A DNA stretch of 64,000 nucleotides from Alphaproteobacteria bacterium UBA998 (GTDB lineage: Bacteria > Pseudomonadota > Alphaproteobacteria > Rickettsiales > UBA998), in the NCBI GenBank assembly GCA_002291925.1, contig DBAY01000024.1:1078-65077 (forward strand). The letters run 5' to 3'. The translations under genes and the position numbers were made by a program. The notes below the pieces were generated by a model, which ran no database searches, was not told the DNA's origin, and saw nothing but the letters and a program-made list of their open reading frames with translations. Positions 57,858 through 64,000 of the stretch are shown here, in pieces (positions within the stretch are counted from its first letter, which is position 1; every line of letters starts with the position of its first letter).

Positions 57858-59776
57858 TCGCGGGGTTCGTTGAGCCGGGCCAGCACGGCTTCATTGATGC
57901 GCACCGGGTAGCGTGCGCGAAGCTGGTTGATGTACTGCTCCAGAATCTCGTTGCGGTAATCGGTACGCAGTTTGCGGCGCACAGCGCGCAAAGCTTGATC
58001 TGACTGAGTGCTGCTTTTCGGGTCAGCGGCGGGTGTGATGTCACGCAACAGTGCAATGACGAAGCCGTCGCCCACCTTCTGCGCGCTCGAAACGCCGCCC
58101 GGCTGTTCGAGGGCAAAAATCTCCTGCACCATCGCAGGCGGCAGGGTAACGCCCTCCATCCCCATGACGGCACCGTTGCGGCGCATCTGGACGTCTGTTG
58201 TGCGATCAAACGTGAATTGCTTCAGCAGCTTCTGGGTCTCCTCCAGCGAGGGGCTCTTGGCCAGCTGGGCGACCATGTCGGTCGCATATTCCTCGCGCGC
58301 CTTGGCCAGACGCTCCTGCTTCCACGCGCCCACGACCTGCCCACGTACTTCGTCCAGTGTGCGCTGGCGGGGCGGGGTGATGGCATTGACTTTCACCACG
58401 TAAATGCCGCCATCGGCGCGGCGCTGCAATTCGGAGCGCTCGCCTTCGGAAAGCTGGAACGCCGTTTTCAGTAACTCGGCATTCAGCGCCTGCGGCAGCA
58501 CATCGCGGTTGTCCGTGCCGTGCCCGGTGGCATCGACTGGCTCCAGCTCACGCAGCGGCAGCTCGGCTTCCTTGGCGGCCTCGGCGAGGGAATCGGTGCC
58601 CGCCAGCATCTCTTCCAGCTGATCGGTGACATCCTGTACATGCTGCTCCAGCTTCTGCTGGCGAAGCTCTTCAGTGAGGCTTTCCTGCACATCCTCGAAC
58701 GGCGTCACGCGGCTTTCCACCACCTCATCCACGTAATAGATGTGCCATCCGAAGCGGCTCTCCAGCGGCTCGCTGAATTCGCCCTTGTCGAGCTGGAACA
58801 CTTTCTCCGCTTCCGGCGGCAGCTGTTCCTTGGTCACGAGGCCGAGATCGAGCGCTTCCTTGTTGATGGGCGCGACCATCGAGATCGCCTCTTTCAGGCT
58901 CTTGCCGTTACGCAGGATGCTGTAGGCGTTCTCCGCATCGGCCTTGGTGGAGAAGAGCAGGTTCTTCACACGGCGCTTCTCGGGAATCATCAGCGATTCG
59001 CTGCGCTCGTTATACAGGTTGAACACTTCCTGCCGGGTTATTTTTACCTGTTTAGCCCAGTCGTCCGGAGTGACCTCGATGACGGAAAGGGTGCGGTATT
59101 CCGGCGCGGTAAAGCGTGTCTGGTGGTCCTTGAAGTAGGCCGCAATTTCTTCCTCGCCCGGCTCCTGCCTGTCGAGGTTGAGACCCGGCTTCACCGCGTC
59201 AACGGCGAGCAGGTCGACACTGCGTACCTCGCCCTCGATCTTATAGACGAGGTTGGCGTAGCCAGCGGGCACCAGCTTCTCGCCATTCATGATGTCCATC
59301 AGCACTTCCTGCTTCAGACTGCTGCGGAGCTGATCGAGATACTGCGCCTCATGAATGTTCTGCTGGCGCAGCGTCTGCTGGAAGATGGTCTGGTCGAATT
59401 CGCCGCTGGCGTTGCGGAATTCCTCGTTGCGGCTGATTTCGCGCGCCAAGGCATCATCCGAGATGCGAAGCCCCATCCGGTCGGCCTCCAGCGAAATCAG
59501 CTGGCGGGAGATCATTCCCTCGAGCACCATCCGTTGCAGCATCTGCAGATCCACGCCGGAGGTCGGCATATTCTCGCCGAACGTGCGGCGCAGCACGGAG
59601 AATTCGCGCTCGAACTCGGCGAGGCTGATATCTTCGCTGCCCACCGTGGCCACCGTGCGCGGGGAATTCTGGTGGAACACATCCGCCACACCCCAGAAGG
59701 CGAAACAAATCACGAGGATGCCGAGCAGCAGCTTGGCAAAGAATCCGGCAGCGCCCGAGCGCAATTCCTTAAGCAT
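57854..59776 (-). CDS. PpiD-like periplasmic peptidylprolyl isomerase / chaperone (SurA N-terminal domain plus parvulin domain)
   Basis: N-terminal TM anchor (AKLLLGILVICFAFWGVADVF) and a parvulin-like segment (FSEPLESRFGWHIYYVDEV). The ATG is at complement 59774-59776. Confidence 0.8.
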   Translation of the reverse strand: MLKELRSGAAGFFAKLLLGILVICFAFWGVADVFHQNSPRTVATVGSEDISLAEFEREFSVLRRTFGENMPTSGVDLQMLQRMVLEGMISRQLISLEADRMGLRISDDALAREISRNEEFRNASGEFDQTIFQQTLRQQNIHEAQYLDQLRSSLKQEVLMDIMNGEKLVPAGYANLVYKIEGEVRSVDLLAVDAVKPGLNLDRQEPGEEEIAAYFKDHQTRFTAPEYRTLSVIEVTPDDWAKQVKITRQEVFNLYNERSESLMIPEKRRVKNLLFSTKADAENAYSILRNGKSLKEAISMVAPINKEALDLGLVTKEQLPPEAEKVFQLDKGEFSEPLESRFGWHIYYVDEVVESRVTPFEDVQESLTEELRQQKLEQHVQDVTDQLEEMLAGTDSLAEAAKEAELPLRELEPVDATGHGTDNRDVLPQALNAELLKTAFQLSEGERSELQRRADGGIYVVKVNAITPPRQRTLDEVRGQVVGAWKQERLAKAREEYATDMVAQLAKSPSLEETQKLLKQFTFDRTTDVQMRRNGAVMGMEGVTLPPAMVQEIFALEQPGGVSSAQKVGDGFVIALLRDITPAADPKSSTQSDQALRAVRRKLRTDYRNEILEQYINQLRARYPVRINEAVLARLNEPRE

Positions 59777-59898
59777 AGTCCGTCCCGTAGGTTGGGGAAT
59801 TCCTACACCAGCCCTCCGGCGATGCAAAGTCTTATTTATGGATTGTTCCTCTGCGCTATGCTAGGGGAAAACTCGCAGCGTGGCAGAGAAAACTCATC

Positions 59899-60645
59899 AT
59901 GGCAAATCAGCGTCTTATCGTCGGAAACTGGAAGATGAACGGCAGCCGCGCCCTGGCGTCCGAGCTGGTGCCGCAGGTGGTCAAGTCGCTGCCCTCTGCC
60001 CCCGGCCATGTGCAGGCCGTGCTGTGCCCCCCGGCGACGCTTTTGAGCGAAGTCGGCGCCATGCTGCGCGACACGCCGGTGGCACTTGGCGGGCAGGATT
60101 GCCACGCGCAAGTCCACGGTGCTTTTACCGGTGATATCAGTGCGGAGATGTTGAAAGAGGTGGGGTGCCGATATGTCATCCTCGGTCATTCCGAGCGCCG
60201 GGAATATCATGCGGAGACTAATGCGCAGGTGGTCGCCAAGGCGGCTGCCGTCTTGGCTGAAGGGCTTACGCCCGTCATTTGCGTTGGGGAAACACTAGCC
60301 TTACGTGAGATGGGAGAGGCAGAGCCGTTCGTCGCCAATCAGACGCTGGCCAGCCTGCCGGAGCAGGTAGGTGAGGGCGTGGTCATCGCCTACGAGCCGA
60401 TCTGGGCCATTGGTACGGGCCATACGCCCACCGCTGAAAACATCACGTCCATGCATCATGCCATCGCCAAAGCGCTCAGAACGGAGCGGGGGCTGGAAGC
60501 TCCGCACGTACGTATTCTTTATGGCGGCTCGGTGAAGGCATCCAACGCAAAGGAAATTTTGGATTTACCCGGCGTGGACGGTGTGCTAGTGGGTGGCGGC
60601 AGTTTGATTGCCGCGGAATTTTCCGCTATCGTCGGCGCGGCCTGA
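59899..60645 (+). CDS. tpiA: triose-phosphate isomerase
   Basis: VGNWKMNG, LGHSERR, AYEPIWAIGTG, YGGSVK. Confidence 0.95.
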   Translation: MANQRLIVGNWKMNGSRALASELVPQVVKSLPSAPGHVQAVLCPPATLLSEVGAMLRDTPVALGGQDCHAQVHGAFTGDISAEMLKEVGCRYVILGHSERREYHAETNAQVVAKAAAVLAEGLTPVICVGETLALREMGEAEPFVANQTLASLPEQVGEGVVIAYEPIWAIGTGHTPTAENITSMHHAIAKALRTERGLEAPHVRILYGGSVKASNAKEILDLPGVDGVLVGGGSLIAAEFSAIVGAA

Positions 60646-60659
60646 AATTAGGGGAGAAC

Positions 60660-61082
60660 ATGGAAACGATTCTTCTGGTCATCCAGATGGTCATTGCGCT
60701 GGCACTGATCGGCATCGTGCTGATCCAGCGCAGCGACAGTGACGGCATGGGCCTCGGCGGGGCAGGCGGCGGCATGGGGCTGCTTTCCGGCCGCGCCAAG
60801 GCGAACGCGCTGACGCGCACCACCGCCATTCTGGCAGCGGCTTTCATGCTGAACAGCCTGCTGTTTTCCATCGTGACGACCTCGAGCCGCGAATCCATTT
60901 TGGAGAAAATCGAGGCCCAGAAGGAAGCCACCACGCCAGACGTGCCGCGTGCCGATGAAACAGCGCCAGCCGCGTCCGACGCGGCCTCGGCCGCGCCTGC
61001 TCCGGCGGAAGCAACGGCTCCCGCCGAAGCCCCGGCTCCGGCCAATGACAACCAGCCTTTGAGCGTTCCGCGGGCTGAATAA
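60660..61082 (+). CDS. secG: preprotein translocase subunit SecG with Ala/Pro-rich C-terminal tail
   Basis: Two TM segments with LIQRSDSDGMGLGG and LTRTTAILAAAFMLNSL. It lies downstream of tpiA, as in many bacteria. Confidence 0.88.
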   Translation: METILLVIQMVIALALIGIVLIQRSDSDGMGLGGAGGGMGLLSGRAKANALTRTTAILAAAFMLNSLLFSIVTTSSRESILEKIEAQKEATTPDVPRADETAPAASDAASAAPAPAEATAPAEAPAPANDNQPLSVPRAE

Positions 61083-62753
<1,671 letters not shown>

Positions 62754-62755
62754 CG

Positions 62756-62821
62756 GTCATTCCCGCGCAGGCGGGAATCCAGAGGTTAGGAAACAGAGAT
62801 TCCCGTTTGCACGGGAATGAC
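62756..62821. repeat. 66-bp double-hairpin element with ATTCCC-N8-GGGAAT hairpins and GTCAT/ATGAC termini
   Basis: gtcattcccgcgcaggcgggaatcc-agaggttaggaaacaga-gattcccgtttgcacgggaatgac. It fills the pyrG-kdsA spacer. Confidence 0.8.
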
Positions 62822-62834
62822 AAGGAATCAAACG

Positions 62835-63659
62835 ATGAAAACCATCTCCGTCGGCCACCTGAAAATCTCCAACACGCTGCCCTTCACGCTCATTGCCGGG
62901 CCGTGCCAGATGGAATCGCGAGAGCATGCGATGGAAGTGGCGCATGAGCTGAAGGAAATCTGCGGGCGCCTGAACATCCCGCTCATCTTCAAGACGTCCT
63001 ACGACAAAGCCAACCGCTCCAGCCTTTCCGGCAAGCGCGGCATGGGCATGCACAAGGCGATGCCGGTCTTCGAGGAGATCAAGAAAACCTATGGCCTGCC
63101 CGTGCTCACCGATGTGCATACCGAGGAGCAGGCGACCGTGATGGGCGAGGTGGTGGACGTACTGCAGATCCCCGCCTTCCTCTGCCGCCAGACCGACCTG
63201 CTGATCGCCGCCGCCAAGACTGGCAAGGCGGTGAACGTGAAGAAAGGCCAGTTCCTCGCCCCGTGGGATGCGAAGAACATCGTCGAGAAACTGGAGCAAT
63301 CCGGCTGCCAGAACATCCTGCTTACCGAGCGCGGGGCCTCCTTCGGCTACAACACGCTGGTGGTCGATATGCGCTCCCTGCCCATCATGGCGGGCTTCGG
63401 CTACCCCGTCGTGTTTGATGCCACCCACGCCGTCCAGCAGCCGGGGGGCCTTGGCGCCGCTTCCGGCGGCCAGCGCGAGTTCGTGCCGGTGCTCGCCAAA
63501 GCCGCCGTGGCCGTGGGCGTCGGTGCCCTCTTCATGGAAACCCACCCGGACCCGGACAACGCCCCCTCGGACGGCCCCTGCATGATGCGACTTTCCGATA
63601 TGGAACAAACGCTTGGCATGCTGAAAGAGTTTGACACGCTGGCGAAGCGTCTGTCATAA
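62835..63659 (+). CDS. kdsA: 3-deoxy-8-phosphooctulonate synthase
   Basis: LIAGPCQMES, FKTSYDKANRSS, DATHAVQQPGG. The ATG at 62835 is preceded by AAGGA. The track start at 62817 lies inside the repeat. Confidence 0.93.
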   Translation: MKTISVGHLKISNTLPFTLIAGPCQMESREHAMEVAHELKEICGRLNIPLIFKTSYDKANRSSLSGKRGMGMHKAMPVFEEIKKTYGLPVLTDVHTEEQATVMGEVVDVLQIPAFLCRQTDLLIAAAKTGKAVNVKKGQFLAPWDAKNIVEKLEQSGCQNILLTERGASFGYNTLVVDMRSLPIMAGFGYPVVFDATHAVQQPGGLGAASGGQREFVPVLAKAAVAVGVGALFMETHPDPDNAPSDGPCMMRLSDMEQTLGMLKEFDTLAKRLS

Positions 63660-63713
63660 AATCTTCGTTTTTCAGGCGAGTGACGGTTTGCTACATTAAT
63701 TTTGGAGCAAGCA

Positions 63714-64000
63714 ATGGCCGAACGTCCCGCACATAATTATTTTCTTACTGAAGGCGCCCGCCAGCGTGTCTATCAGTTTTTCGGGCCCATTGCCTTCAGT
63801 GTGGCCGCTGCGCTGAATCCTCTCGCCGCGCTTGGGGCGGCCGCAGGCATGGTCGTCTATGAATGGTGGCGCGTCGGGCGCATTGAAGATGAATCGGCAA
63901 AACGTCTGTTGAATGCCTCCGAGCCGGAGCTTTGCCAGATGGTGTCCGCCCCGGTCGGCAAGCTGAAATTGGCGGACTTTGATCGCCTGGCCAAAGCCGA
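63714..64000 (+). CDS. hypothetical protein (5' part only; runs off the window)
   Basis: My own translation from the ATG at 63714 reads MAERPAHNYFLTEGARQRVYQFFGPIAFSVAAALNPLAALGAAAGMVVYEWW... and stays open to the window end. It has one hydrophobic segment. No family recognised. Confidence 0.4.
   Translation, partial: MAERPAHNYFLTEGARQRVYQFFGPIAFSVAAALNPLAALGAAAGMVVYEWWRVGRIEDESAKRLLNASEPELCQMVSAPVGKLKLADFDRLAKA

Noticed and set aside
62756-62821. Neisseria-type dRS3 similarity as evidence for contamination or a betaproteobacterial origin.
   Set aside because: All flanking genes and syntenies (lpxI, sdhE-mfd-recG, bamA-lpxB block) are alphaproteobacterial. The ATTCCC-N8-GGGAAT form is a simple palindrome that can arise independently.

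Overview
High-GC (by inspection) chromosomal segment with alphaproteobacterial gene content and synteny. I call about 65 protein genes and one tRNA-Lys. I see no rRNA, CRISPR array, IS element or integrase.

Gene content, left to right:
- Housekeeping: truncated S24/XRE repressor, folC, a PstS-like binding protein, parE, mfd-sdhE-(PAS/degenerate GGDEF)-recG, dctA.
- A small LPS/O-antigen-type cluster (GT4, beta-propeller protein, O-antigen ligase, Zn-ribbon methyltransferase) next to tRNA-Lys.
- The conserved envelope block bamA-skp-lpxD-fabZ-lpxA-lpxI-lpxB.
- A flagellar export/rod cluster, flhB-fliR-[GIY-YIG]-fliQ-fliE-flgC-flgB, divergent from csrA, an flhB-CTD-like gene, a hypothetical, fliO and fliP.
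- A 1087-aa PA-rich/TPR protein, then cheZ-cheY.
- tsaE, an amgK-like gene and a murU-like gene.
- A roughly 5-kb AT-richer module (details below).
- truA-fmt-def, gltX, comEC, TraB/GumN, DUF599, trpCDGE, a PpiD-like isomerase, tpiA, secG, pyrG, kdsA.

Most noteworthy observations:
1. At 41292-46413, two unassignable secreted, cysteine/glycine-rich proteins (836 aa and 299 aa) lie divergent from an orphan VirB8-like/VirB9 pair. The two operons share an AT-rich control region with inverted repeats. No other T4SS genes are in the window.
2. The window carries several families of small palindromic (REP/MITE-like) elements. One copy is inserted in frame inside an intact mfd gene, reminiscent of Rickettsia palindromic elements.
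3. A GIY-YIG nuclease gene bracketed by inverted repeat motifs sits inside the flagellar export operon.

All calls rest on my own reading of the translations and the sequence. No searches or computations were run.
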